DNA of 64,000 bases from the human T2T-CHM13v2.0 reference genome, Homo sapiens. Positions 1 to 23,000 of the stretch are shown in pieces. The first letter of the stretch is position 1, and each line of letters begins with the position of its first letter. Location of the stretch: assembly GCF_009914755.1 (NCBI RefSeq), contig NC_060928.1; one strand, given 5' to 3'. A program made the translations under genes and the position numbers. The notes beneath the pieces were generated by a model that did not search any database, was not told where the DNA came from, and saw nothing but the letters and a program-made list of their open reading frames with translations.

Positions 1-398
1 CTTTCTTACAAACGACCAGCAAACCAAAATAAACTGCCTTTTCTTATATAGGTGATTAATTCTTAAGTACCTACAGTAGGCTAGGACAAAGATTCCATGG
101 CTAACTGGCAGAGGTAGATAAAAACACTTGTGTTACTCAAAAACCAAGTAAATACCTAATCAAAATTTCTAGCACACCAGCTAATTAGTGATCATATATT
201 TTTGAGTTTTAGCACCTTTTTATTACCCTCTTCATTAATCCAGGCAATTTTATCAACTAGTACCCTGGCGAAAGGCAAATAATGGAAAAGTAAAAATTAG
301 GAAAATGGGAGGTTCCAGATAGTTTAGACAGACCATAGTAGTAAAAGGACAAAACTATCTAAAGTTTGTGTAATGATATAAAGAAAATCTAAAAAGAA

Positions 399-708
<310 letters not shown>

Positions 709-906
709 TAAGCTCCCATTAGGTGGAAATCAAAAGACAAAGCTTTTAGTAACAGTTCTTCCATAAACTAGCTGTGTAACCTTAGGCAAGTCACTCTGAA
801 TCCCAGGTACAGTTTTCTAATCTACAAAAATGACTGGAAAAAATTATTTCTAAGACCCTCTCCACCTTAAGTTATTCCACTAGTGCAAAATTTAAAAATA
901 AAGACT

Positions 907-1314
907 CTTATGGTTTGGATGTCTGTCCCCTCCAAATCTCATGTTGAAATGTGATTCCCAATGTTGGAGGTGGGCCTAGCGGGAGGTGTTTGGGTCATGG
1001 AGGCGGATTCCTCATGAATAGCTTGGTGCCCTCCACATGGTAAATAATGAGTTCTCACTGTTAGTTCATGCCAGAGCTGGTTGTTTAGAGCCTGCCACCT
1101 CCTCTCTCTCTTGCTCCTGCTATCCCCATATGACTTGGCTGCTACCTCTTTACCTTCCGCCATGACTGAAAAAAAGTTTCCTGGGCCTCACCAGAAGCTG
1201 AGCAGATGTTGGTGTCATGCTTGTACAGCCTGCAGGCCCGAGAGCCAAATAAGCCTCTTTTTTTTATGAATTACCTCAGACAGTCCTTTAGAGCAATGCA
1301 AACAGGCTAACACA
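907..1314 (+). mobile_element. MST (MaLR) solo LTR
   Basis: tatggtttggatgtctgtcccctccaaatctcatgttgaaatg...gcaaacaggctaacaca. Confidence 0.85.
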
Positions 1315-1497
1315 TAGACTTTATATAGAATATGAGGTACAAAAAATTTTTTTGAGTCCCCCAGTTCATTATTTGATTCTTTTCACAATCATTTTACAAA
1401 CTATTCTACCCAGATGTCAATTACTAATGTTCCAAATAATGGCTTCCCTATAAAACAATAATCATAATCAAGTTATTTTAATAAAGTTTTCACTAAC

Positions 1498-1632
1498 CTG
1501 GTGCAACTACATTCACTCTAATTTTCTTTCTTGCTACCTCTTTAGCAAGAGCACGTGAAAATCCAACTAATCCTCCTTTACTGGCACTGTAAACGGACTG
1601 GCCAGAGTTGCCTTTTAAGCCAACAATGCTTC
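1498..1632 (-). CDS. CBR4: CBR4 coding exon 4 (135 nt); gene continues off the left edge
   Basis: [44 protein letters not shown] with catalytic YxxxK; long poly-T acceptor tract; donor G|GTTAGT. Confidence 0.97.
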
Positions 1633-3110
1633 CTAGGACAAAAAAAAAAAAAAAAAAAAAAAAGCGTATTAAATTCAATTAATGGGGTTACTTGAAAATT
1701 TAGATAATTTATAGTAAACAAAAAGGTAAAACCCACTTCACCTTGTCCTTTGTTAAAATTAGAAATTCTAACCATTGTCATCAGTCATTTACGGAAGATT
1801 TAAGAGTCCAAGTCTGCTCCAGATACATACAGAAAATAGCATCTGAAAGCAGCTGATACAAAACTGCCAATGCAGGTGCTTGCGAATTGATTCACTACGT
1901 GAAGGGGATGCACTCTAATCTCTGAGTAGGTCAGATATGATGAAAATTCTGTGGTATTTATAAAGGCTTCCAGCAGGTAGAGGTTAAAGCCAGAAAAAGT
2001 CAGACAAAAGCTGACTAATTTTATGATTCTACAACACAGACATAAGGCAGAAAGCTCTCGTTTTCACCCTAAAAACTAGTTCATTTGAAGCTAAATCTCA
2101 CTAAAATTGAATTACATGCATAACTCATTTTATTGTTCTGCTTTATTGTGCTTTGCAGATATTGCATTTTTTTTTTTTTTTTTTAACAAATTGAAGGCTT
2201 GTAGCAACCTTGCAACAAGCAATTCTATTAGCACTTTTCCAACACCATGGCTCACTGTGAGCAGTGCTCACTCTGTGTCTCTTTGTCACATTTTGGTAAT
2301 TTTCATACCATCTTAAATTTTTTCATTATTATTACATCTGTTATAATGATCTGTGATCAGTGATTCTTGATGTTTACTGCTGTTGGGGTGCCACAAACAA
2401 AATATTACTGCTCACTGACAATGCATCTGGTCACCAAAGAGCTCTGATGGATATGTACAAGGAGATTAATGTTGTTTTCGTGCCTGTTAACACAATATCC
2501 TTTCTTCAGCTCATGGATCAAGGGATAATTCTGACTTTCAAGTCTTATTTAAGAAACATTTTATAAGTCTATAGCAGTCATAAATAGTAATTCCTCTTAG
2601 GAATCTGGGCAAAGTAAATTAAAAGCCTTCTGGAAAGGATTCACCGTTCTATATGCCATTCAGAACATTTGTGATTCATGGCAGGTCAAAATACCAACAT
2701 TAACAGAAGTTTGAAAGAAGTTATTTTAACCCTCATGGATGACTTTGTGGGGTTCAAGACTTCAGTGGAGCAGAATTACAAGTGGAGCCTGAAGATGTGA
2801 CTGAATTGCTGCAATCTTATGATAAAACAAATGGGTGAGGAGTTGCTTCTTATGTATGGATAAACAAAGTTGTTTCTCAAGATGGAATCTCTTCCTTGTG
2901 AAGATGTGAATACTGTTGAAAGAAATGACAAAGGATTTAGAATATCCTATAAACTTAGTTGATAAAGCAATAGCAGGGATTGAGAGGAGTGGCTCCAATT
3001 TTTAAAGATCTACTTGCATAAAATGCTATCAAACAGCATCACATGCTGCAGAGAAATCTCTCACGAAATGAAGAGTCAATCAATGTGGCAAATTTTGTCT
3101 TATTCTAAGA

Positions 3111-3550
3111 CTTGGAACCAAATCAAATGTGCAACAATGACAGACTGGATTAAGAAAATGTGGCACATATACACCATGGAATACTAAGCAGCCATAAAAA
3201 ATGATGAGTTCATGTCCTTTGTAGGGACATGAATGAAATTGGAAATCATTCTCAGTAAACTATCGCAAGGACAAAAAACCAAACACCGCATGTTCTCACT
3301 CATAGGTGGGAACTGAACAATGAGAACACATGGACACAGGAAGGGGAACATCACGCTCTGGGGACTGTTGTGGGGTGGGGGAAGCGGGGAGGGATAGCAT
3401 TGGGAGATATACCTAACGCTAGATGACGAGTTAGTGGGTGCAGCACACCAGCATGGCACATGTATACATATGTAACTAACCTGCACATTGTGCACGGTAC
3501 CCTAAAACTTAAAGTATAACAATAATAAAATAAAAAAATAAAAAAAATAA
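3111..3550 (+). mobile_element. 5'-truncated L1PA2-like LINE 3' end
   Basis: ORF2 end and 3' UTR with GAG diagnostic (tagatgacGAGttagtgg), poly-A; aaga at both junctions. Confidence 0.88.
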
Positions 3551-3779
3551 AGAAATTGCCACAGCCACTATTATCAGTCAGCAGCCATAAACATCAAGGC
3601 AAGACCCTCCGCCAGCAAAGATTATGACTTGCCAGAAGCTCAGATGATCATTAGCATTTTTTAGCAATAAAGTATTTTTTTAGCAACAAAGTATTTACAT
3701 TTTTTTTAGATATAATGCTACTGCATACTTAATAGACCATAATATAACTTTTACATGCACTGAGAAACTAAACAATTGG

Positions 3780-4074
3780 ATAAGACAAAATTTGCCACAT
3801 TGATTGACTCTTCATTTCATGAAAGATTTCTCTGCAGCATGTGATGCTCTTTGATAGCATTTTATCCAAGTAGAACTTTAAAAATTGGAGCCTCTCCTCT
3901 CAATCCCTGCTATTGCTTTATCAACTAAGTTTATAGGATATTCTAAATCCTTTGTCATTTCAACAGTATTCACATCTTCACAAGTAGATTCCATCTTGAG
4001 AAACAACTTTGTTTATCCATACATAAGAAGCAACTCCTCACCCATTTGTTTTATCATGAGATTGCAGCAATTCA
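3780..4074 (-). repeat. Inverted near-identical copy of 2802-3103
   Basis: The same peptide MEPLLSIPAIALSTKFIGYSKSFVIS appears on both strands; roughly 10 differences over ~300 bp. Confidence 0.92.
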
Positions 4075-4674
4075 ATTTGTGTGACTTACATTCTTGACAT
4101 ATTCGCTTTATTCCGGTGGAGCAGAACCAAAGCTACAATATCTGCGAGACATGCTTGTACTGTCAATCTAAATTGGCAAAGCTTCAATTATACACTTTTT
4201 GTAAAAGTGCAATTTCATTACATTCAGTGATATATTGTAAACTGTACTGCCTACTGAAGATTCTTGAGTGACCACATCTAATGAATATGTAATAATAATT
4301 TTTAATTCAAATATCAACTATATGCAAATAAACTCTTGCAAAACAGAAGTGGGGAAGTAATTTTCTGCACCACTGACCTGTACTTATGATACAAAAATTA
4401 ATCAAGGACCTCACAAAATTTTTTTAAAGTAATTTTAAAAAAAGAAAACATTCCAAACATTTCTCTATTAGAATCAACAAGTTCAGTATTAGAATATTTA
4501 TCTACATTATATATTGTAGGCCAATTAATAACAAAGGAAGAGAACTGTGAAGTACACAGAGAGAACAGACATCAGACTGAAGAAATGCATATGGATAGAG
4601 GGGTGTTTATCAGAAAGAAAAATACAGAGACACAAAAAAAGAAAAATACATGCACGAAAAAAATACCAAAACAG

Positions 4675-4769
4675 GGCTGGTCCGATGGTAGCGGGTTATC
4701 AGAACCTATTAACAGTAGTGTCACTAAAGTTAGTATACAACCCCCAACTGCTAAATATGAGTGGCTTTT
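4675..4769 (+). pseudogene. Y4 RNA (RNY4) retropseudogene
   Basis: GGCTGGTCCGATGGTAGCGGGTTATCAGAACC...CTGCTAAATATGAGTGGCTTTT; about 7 substitutions versus remembered hY4; followed by an A-rich tail. Confidence 0.92.
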
Positions 4770-6180
4770 AAAAGAAAAAAAAACACAAGCTGCTTTAGCA
4801 GCTTTGATTCGTGCCACGCACTACTGTTCATCAGGTCAAAAAGTGGTAATTTCTGAAATACCAATGAAGTGTCTGGCAGTTTAAAGTAGTCCTTCCTGTA
4901 GTAAGATTCTCAATTTACTATCTATTATTTACTTTTAGCTCAATTCTAAAAGTTTTGCATGCATAAGGAGGACTAATGGGTTTTTTAAATACACCTAAAA
5001 AAAAGAAGATTTTAGAGTTAAACAAATATACCTCAGGTTATCAGGTGACAGATACAGGCCTGTTTGCCTGCTTGTAAGTATCCAAAGTCCTTATCTGGCT
5101 GTGTTAAAAGGCAAAGGTTGACTCATTGACTAATCTCTTACATAAGAAAACGGATCCCTTAAATTTTTAAGAGTAAATGTCCAAAATGCTCTCATGTCCC
5201 CTTAGTTTATTAGCATAGTATTCTTTCCTTTTCTCACTTTCAAAACAGAAAAACTCTAAATTCTGGCTTGAAAAACCATTTCCTACATTTAAAAGAACAG
5301 GGTCACTTACTTTTATGGAGCAGCATCTCCCTTCTGTGGCCTTTTAAGGTATTACCATTTGAAAATAAAAAGCAGATGGTATACTATTATTTCCAAATTA
5401 CCAAACTGAAATAAAATTTCAAGTCATTTTGCATTTTAAGTTCTACAGGCATATACTCCACAGCTTATCTGCCCTGTGGGTTAGATGAACTGAAAACTAG
5501 GGGTTACTTACATCCATTCTTAAAAACAGAGAAATTTTATCTTCCTTTAAACCTCTACACAAGATTTAACAGTAACCCATGAAACTGCTGTAGACAATAT
5601 TATTTAGCCACCACTGTCTACTTTAATTCCTTGTCCATGTTTTAAAAATCAGGTTCCTGGCTGGGCACGTGGCTCACCTCTATAATCCCAGCACTTCGGG
5701 AGGATCACTTGAGCCCATGAGTTAAAGACCAGCCTAGGCCACATAGTGTGACCTCGTCTCTATTTAAAAAAAAAAAAATTCACATAAAAATCAGAATGAT
5801 CCAATTTCTCTTGAAAAATCAAAATTGCTGGCAAAACTGGGACCACATTCTTGCACGGCAACAATCTACTGAATCTAAGTGGTGGCCTCCACCATTCCAT
5901 ATGGGCTCTGGACAATGAAGCTGGATATCATTTATCACATGGCTGGTACTGTCATTTTTCTAGTACTCAGTGGTGTCACTCATTTAACACCTGCCTGACT
6001 CCTATAGGGATGTGAATGTGTGATTCTTATTTTACTCATTAATCAATTAATTAAATCCTTTTTTCCACAGATAATATAAATTTCATTCATGTTTCACAAT
6101 AAATCACAAATTCGTGGATTAAATATTTTTATGGTATGGTATTATGGGATAATCATAAATTCACAAAGGTGAAGACTCAC

Positions 6181-6317
6181 CTACATTAACAATAGACCCT
6201 CCCTGTTGTTGAATCATAGTCCTCATGGCAGCTTTACAGGTCAGCATGGAACCCAAGAGGTTAGTATGAAGCTGAGATACCATATCTTCAGTTTTTGTTC
6301 TTACTAAAAGACCATCC
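6181..6317 (-). CDS. CBR4: CBR4 coding exon 3 (137 nt)
   Basis: tttgtag|G GAT GGT; DGLLVRTKTEDMVSQLHTNLLGSMLTCKAAMRTMIQQQGGSIVNV; donor G|GTGAGT. Confidence 0.97.
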
Positions 6318-7061
6318 CTACAAAAAGAAACAGCATATAATAGCATATAATAACAAGATAAAAACCAAAAAGGTCAAGACTAATGTAACATTTTTACTGA
6401 GAGTGCAAGAAGTGCTTCCTATCTGAGCTAGAATAGCTAGAATACCTAGAGTCCCATTTTGAACTTGGCTTGAGAAACATTAAAATAACAATTGATAAAC
6501 CAGAAAGGATCCACTTGGAAGACAGGTTGCTACCCCTTCTCAGCTTGAGTGGCAAATATTCTTAACCCCTAAAAAGTAGTAACATATAGCCAAAATAGTT
6601 TGAATGGCCTGAGCAACTGCCATACTAAGCCTTGTTTAGCAAGAAAATTAATATGTTATCTAAATATTCTCTCCTAAATTCATCTTTTAAAAAATAATAT
6701 CCACTCCATGATTCTATTAGTATTAAGTTCACAAACTGGCAAAACTTATCTGTGGTGACAAAACTCAGAAAACAGTTACCAACAAGGAAGTATTGAGAAG
6801 ACACTACCTTCTGGAGCACTGGAAACATTCTACGGCTCAATATGGGTGATGATTACAATGTTAAAATCGACTCAACTGGACATTTATTATATGTTGTATC
6901 TCAATATAAAGGAAAATAATTTATGGATTGACAAGTTTTAAAATAGTTTTTTCTCCCAGTTAGAAGCAAAATAAACATATTAACTTATACCAATCAAAGA
7001 CATATTAGGAATAAAAGTTTTAAATATATATATAAGAAACTTATTTAAATCTGTGACCAAC

Positions 7062-7182
7062 CTGTTAATACCAGCTGCATTTACCAAGAAATTTACTCGA
7101 CCTAAATGTTTCTCCAGCTCTTCAAATGTATTTTGAACATCATGTTCTTTAGCAACATCACAGCTAAATGCCAAATGATCTC
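7062..7182 (-). CDS. CBR4: CBR4 coding exon 2 (121 nt)
   Basis: tgtgtag|GA GAT CAT...; DHLAFSCDVAKEHDVQNTFEELEKHLGRVNFLVNAAGINR with NAAG motif; donor AG|GTTGGT; phase-compatible with exon 1. Confidence 0.97.
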
Positions 7183-9373
7183 CTACACAACAAAGTTAAA
7201 TAAGAATTACTTATAACTCAAATTTTAAATTTACTCAATACACATTTGTTAAGCATCTATCTAAGATGGCAGGCCTGTGCTAATCTAGAACCTAAAGATT
7301 AAAAAAGTAATGTCATGAGGCCTGGCTTTCATAGAGTTGGTCTAATGAAACTGGGATGCGGGAACAAAGAGGAAATAAAGTACTACTACAGAAAGTTAAT
7401 TTTAAAATTTTCTTTTTAATCAACAAAGGGGGGAGGGCTTTTTCAAGTTATAAAGGCTCTGTAAGATTCATCTAATATTTATAGCTTTAACACTGAATTC
7501 ATGCTACCCAATTCGACAGTCTTCTGGGTTTTATATTCCTTTTTTGAAATTTATGTCTAATTCTGTCAGGTTTTTGTTGAATTAGTTTCTTTGGCCCTGA
7601 ACGGGAACTCTTGGGTTTCTTCTTTTTAAGTGCTACGGATGCACTATGGCACATATATTATAACGACTATTATTCAAACCTGACCATCAGGAGAGATGAG
7701 ACAACACAGGAAGCTATAAAAATGCTAAAACTACAAACCACGGGGGGAAAAAAACACTTTTTACTAAAAGCAACTGTTACTTACCACTTTTAAAAAATGG
7801 TTAAATGCCAAAAAAAAACTACACTTCAAAGGAAAACAAAGCATTCCCTATGTAATCTACCATTTTAATACTCTAAAATGTAGGATTGTTTTTAAAAGCT
7901 AAAACAATTCTTTATTTTCTGTCTGACCTTGATAAATATGCTTACACCAACACTACCCCATCAAGCCTTTGGAAACAGTAAGCGACCCGGGGAATTATAC
8001 TTTCTAGATGAAAACCAATCACTCATGGAACACGATTCAAAGGAATGCAGGGCCCAAAAGCATCCTGTGTCTCTCTTACTCTTGGTTTTCACCCGAAGAC
8101 TTGTGTCCACAACCACCTTTGAAAGCCCAACTAATGGCTTCAATCCAGTCCAGCAAACACTGATGGCTTGGGGTGACACAGTAAGGGTCACCACTCTTCC
8201 CCTCCTTTGTTAGAATGGTAAGGAATATGAGCTTCAAGAAGCATTCACTGACACTCTCCCTGACCTATAACTTACAGAATCTTTTTTCTTTTAGAGAGCC
8301 CAATAGTCTCCCAACCAGCACTGAACAGGTGATACCAAACCGATCAATAATGTTAACTTAAAAATGAACAGCCACACCTGGCGTCTATAGTCCCAGGTCC
8401 TTGGGAGACTGAGGCGAGAAGATCTCTAGAGCCAGTAAATCAGGAGTTGGGGTCCAGCACGGGCAACATAATGGGAAGCCCTCTCAAAAAAAAAAAAAAA
8501 AAACCAGATACACAAAAACAGTAAGAGCCACAAGACGCACCCCTAGGCCTCTATTCTCCCCATGCCTCCCTGATAGTAAATGAAGTATAATTTTGTCCAT
8601 TCTGGTGATTAAACAAATAGCATCTTCGGATCTAACGTCCTATTTCTCCCTAAACTCAATGAAGAGTTATATTCACAAAATGACTAATCCATTCATAATA
8701 AGCCGGAAATAAAAAACCCTGAAGTTTAAATGCAATAAAAAAGAATTTGGCAGAACAAAGTTCAATTGTCCATTTGCAAAACTCACCAAAACAATTTAAT
8801 AACATTAAAGCAAACCAGGTATATCTCAAAACTGGCTGGTACTCAAAAGGGTTTCTCTATCAAACACTGCTTTGTGCATTCGCGCAGGGCCAAGGCACGG
8901 CCCTTGGGCAAAACTGAAGGGAGCCGTTGGTACCTGCACTCCCACCTTTCCTGCCTGAACTCCTTTCGACCCAGCCCTGTCTCCGGGGGCCGAGAACTCG
9001 CCCTTTTCCCTACATTAAAAGTAAACTGTTACGTGGCTCTCTCCCACAACAGGGAAGCTCCTCAGCGTTAGCACTAGCCGCAGGGCGGAGGGTGCGTATA
9101 GCGGGGCCTCAAAAGACTACGAGGTCTCAAAGAACACCCCAAGTGTTCAGCCCTCGGCGGCAAGCTGCGTGGCCGGCATTCTGCGAGGCATAGGGAGATC
9201 GCGGGTTTCTGCACGAGACGCATTCTACCCTTGGAACGGGAGAGCGCCTGCACGCGGCTACATCGAGTAACCCTAGAGCCCTAAAGGCCAGACCCGCTCT
9301 TTTTACAAAGGAGATTTTCTTTAGGCGCCTGGACCGCGGCCATACAACTGGACAACTCCAGTTTGGTACCTAC

Positions 9374-9515
9374 CGCCGAGGTCACCGGCGGCGGCTTTGG
9401 CCCCTTCCAGGTTTCTGGCAATGACCGCCAGTCGGTAGCCTTTCCGGGCCATTAACTGGGCCACAGCTCTGCCAATGCCTCGGGAGCCTCCAAAAACAGC
9501 ACACACTTTGTCCAT
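9374..9515 (-). CDS. CBR4: CBR4 coding exon 1 (142 nt)
   Basis: MDKVCAVFGGSRGIGRAVAQLMARKGYRLAVIARNLEGAKAAAGDLG; SDR GxxxGIG NAD(P) motif; donor G|GTAGGT. Confidence 0.98.
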
Positions 9516-10049
9516 CTCGGAGTCACAAACTCGGAGGAAAGAAGGTAGGGAGTGGGAGCCCCTCTCCAGGTTCCCTCAGGCTTTTAAACAACCGCGGTTC
9601 CAAAAAAAAAAAAAAGAAAAAAAAAGGCAAACCGCAAAAAAAAATAACGCCGCTCGACACCTCCTGCAGCCGCACAATAGTAATGCAAGACGCCGTGAAA
9701 AGGAGGAAGAGCTCGACGTCGCCGCGTCGACGTCATCACGCACGGACTCTTCCGCGCCACACCTAACAAATACGCCGACGAGAGCTCCCCGCCGGCGGAA
9801 GAATGGCCTGGAGAGGGCCTCGATGCTTGCTGGGACCTGTAGTCTTGACGCATGAGAGCAACTGGCGCAGGCGCGCTGCTCGGTGGGGAATGTACTTGTG
9901 GCACTGAGGGGGATCCTCTGTCCCCGCTGGGTCATATCAGTCGGGATTCGAGCCCCGGTGACCAATCGACCCGGTTTGTTCGGAACTGACAGGGTTGTCA
10001 AGACGCTGGGCTTTCCCTGGCAAACCGAGACGACCTGATCACGTAGTTA

Positions 10050-15183
<5,134 letters not shown>

Positions 15184-15296
15184 CTACAGAGACCCATCTC
15201 TCAGTTTGGATTTTGATTAAACAGTTATGCAGAGTAGAAAACTTGGGCCATACACAAAACTTAATTAAAATAAGCCTCCACTTGGGATTAATGTAT

Positions 15297-15476
15297 GTTA
15301 TTGACTGAATCGTGTCCCTCCCCGCTCCCCCCTCTCCTGCCATATTCATATGTTCAAGTCCTAACCTCCAATGTGGCTGTATTTGGAGATAGTGCCCTTA
15401 GGGAGATAATTAAGATTAAATGAGGTTCTAAGGGTAGGGCTCTAATCCAATAGGACACCAGAGAGCTTGTGCTGGG

Positions 15477-15521
<45 letters not shown>

Positions 15522-15738
15522 GTCTCTCTCTCTCTCTGTTGCCTCCCTGTACAAGGCCATGTGAGGACACAGTGAGAAGGCAGCTATCTGCAAGCCCGGA
15601 AGAGAAGCCTCACCAGAAACCAACACGATTGCACCTTGATCTCAGACTTTCAGGCTCCAGAACTGTGAGAAAATTAATTTCTGGTGTCGAAACCACCCAG
15701 TCTGTGGTATTTTTTTATGGCAGTCCCAGCAGATACAA
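15297..15738 (+). mobile_element. MLT1 MaLR LTR containing a (TC)n microsatellite (~15478-15537)
   Basis: gactgaatcgtgtccc...ttctggtgtcgaaaccacccagtctgtggtattttttatggcag. Confidence 0.8.
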
Positions 15739-16514
15739 TGTGACTGTTTACTTTCTTCTCTACTACAGGCAAGCTGCAAAGTGCTGCTAAATAATATCAC
15801 ACAGCCACTGCTGATTGTGTGAGTTGAGTTGGGGAGAGGTTGTTACTATGAGACCTATTCCAGAGCAGAAACAGGAAGATTGTGAATCTCATCCTCGTCA
15901 CTTGCCCATGGCCTGCAGCATCCAGACCCCTCGAGGTCCTCTCCTATCTTCTTGCCAAAGCTTACTTTCAGGGAGGACTTGGAAATTCATTCCCTCTAGG
16001 TGGTAAATAATGTAACAGCATAAAGTGTTATGTCACCTAGGGACATGTAAATTGAGCCGAGAGCCAAGTGTTAAGCTAAAGGGATGACAATCTAACAGGG
16101 AAATATCATCTAGCATCTACCTGTCCAACAATATGAATCTACTGCGAGCTCAGGAACATCCCCAGTATCAGATGTAAAGCTCTGGGGATAAGAGGGCAAA
16201 GAAGGCAATTACCTGAATTGTGGAGCTCACATGTGTTGAGAGAAACAGACAAATAAGCAGATTACGATACAGTGTGATAAAGGCTGTAAATGTGAATGAA
16301 GTGCTATAGGAACATAGAGCTTCAGGCTCAGGCCAAATAGGCAGGGGGGCATGTGTGTGTGTAGACATCTATATATGTATACATATATACACATGTGTAT
16401 ATTTTATTATAGGTATACATTATAGGTATGTATGCATTATTATATGTATGTGTATACATGTGTTTGTGAGAGTGTGTAGGTGGGTGGGTGGGTGTGTAAA
16501 AGTAAGCCCTTACT

Positions 16515-16841
<327 letters not shown>

Positions 16842-18343
16842 TTACCAAGATAACAGCAAATGCTCATTGGATAACTTAAATGCTATGTGCCAAGTACACT
16901 GTCTACTTGTGTTTAATTCTCACAGCAAACTATGATGTAGAAAAATATTGCTACCCTTGTGTTTGCAAACAAGGAAGCCAAAGCACAGAGATGTTAGATT
17001 GTCCAAGATCACACAACTAGTAAGTGGCAGAACTTGTAGAATTTCTACTCAAGCAGTCTCGCTACAGAGCCTTCTCCCCAACCACTACATGATATTGTCT
17101 CTCCCTCATCTTCCCAGGAATCCTGAAAATGTACCATATACACATAAATCCAAATCTGGAAACTGACTTTAGATAGTTGTAATTGTAGTTGAGATTCTTT
17201 TTTGGCTGCAAGAAAGAGAAGCCCTCGAAAGCAATTCAAATATGTGTTTATGATGCAGAATATGACATCAACAAAAAGCAAGCTGGGACCCCGTGGAACT
17301 AGAGATGGGCCTCATTGGGAGCCCCAGGGACCACAGCAGCACATCCCTCTGCCCCCTTAATGCTCTCTGAGGCCGTAAGAGCCCCCTTCTCTGCTGTCCT
17401 CTGTTTTAAATTTCTCCTTCCTGCAGACCCACTTTATTTACTAATCACACAGTTGAAAATGGCTGAGCCCCATAGGACTTTTCAGTTCAAGGGATTAAAC
17501 TCTGACTCCCTTTGTTCAAGACAGAGAATTGGATTGGTTGTTAATGAGGGGATAGATTAGCGCCTGTGGAGAGCAGTTCTCGGGGGAGGCAGGTTGCCAT
17601 GTGAGTGAGTGGGGTGCTCAAAGGCGGAAGGTGCACCCGCAGCCAAGCACCATTGCCACAGGGGCTCAGAGTGGGCGGCCTTATTAAAGGAGGCTTGGCT
17701 GGGCATGTGCTCCCCAGCAGATCAGATACACCATACAAGCAGCATCCCCCTAGGGGATCTTTGCTCAAAATAAGCTCTGTTTTAAATGCAACATGTACAC
17801 CATTTAGTCTCCTTAACAGACTACTGCCTTTTTCTCTTTTTCAAATATTATTAGCTGAGCTCAATGCCCCATGAAATCTGTAAATGTTTTGTTCCAAGTA
17901 ACCAGTAGTGAGTCCCAGAACCAGCACCCAACATATAATAATATGAAGAGAAATGGAAGAGGAGGTGATAATGTATGAGGAGAGAGATACGAATTTTTAA
18001 GAAGTGAAACAGACACCAATCCTATAAGGAATATGAATCAGTCCCCTCTGGCAAGTAATACTCATAATTTGCTTAACTTACTGAGTTGAGGAGTACATAT
18101 TTATGGGTCCCTATATAACCTATGAGTGGGAAAAAATGGGCCAAAATTCACCTTATTTTTAAAAATGACATATTAATTTATTTGGCTAATTTACTAGGCT
18201 AGCCATTAAACCACAATAATTTTAAATAAATGAGTATAAAGTAGATGATCCTTAACCAAAACTATGGAATGTATCCTTTTTCCCTTCTACTAAATAGAGA
18301 TGGAATAAATCAGTTGAAAAGAATTGGCTTAGAAGGTGACAGA

Positions 18344-23000
<4,657 letters not shown>

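Larger units (their letters stand above)
2115..4157 (+). mobile_element. Tigger1 DNA transposon remnant, interrupted by an L1 and an inverted duplication
   Basis: Degenerate TIRs flanked by TA; DDE transposase remnant [16 protein letters not shown]...[16 protein letters not shown]. Confidence 0.85.

Noticed and set aside
7929-8270. Possible alternative CBR4 exon in intron 1
   Set aside because: A donor-like site exists near 7927, but there is no convincing acceptor or SDR-like coding.
9475-10001. 106-141 aa ORFs over the promoter
   Set aside because: CpG-island artefacts with no recognisable protein.
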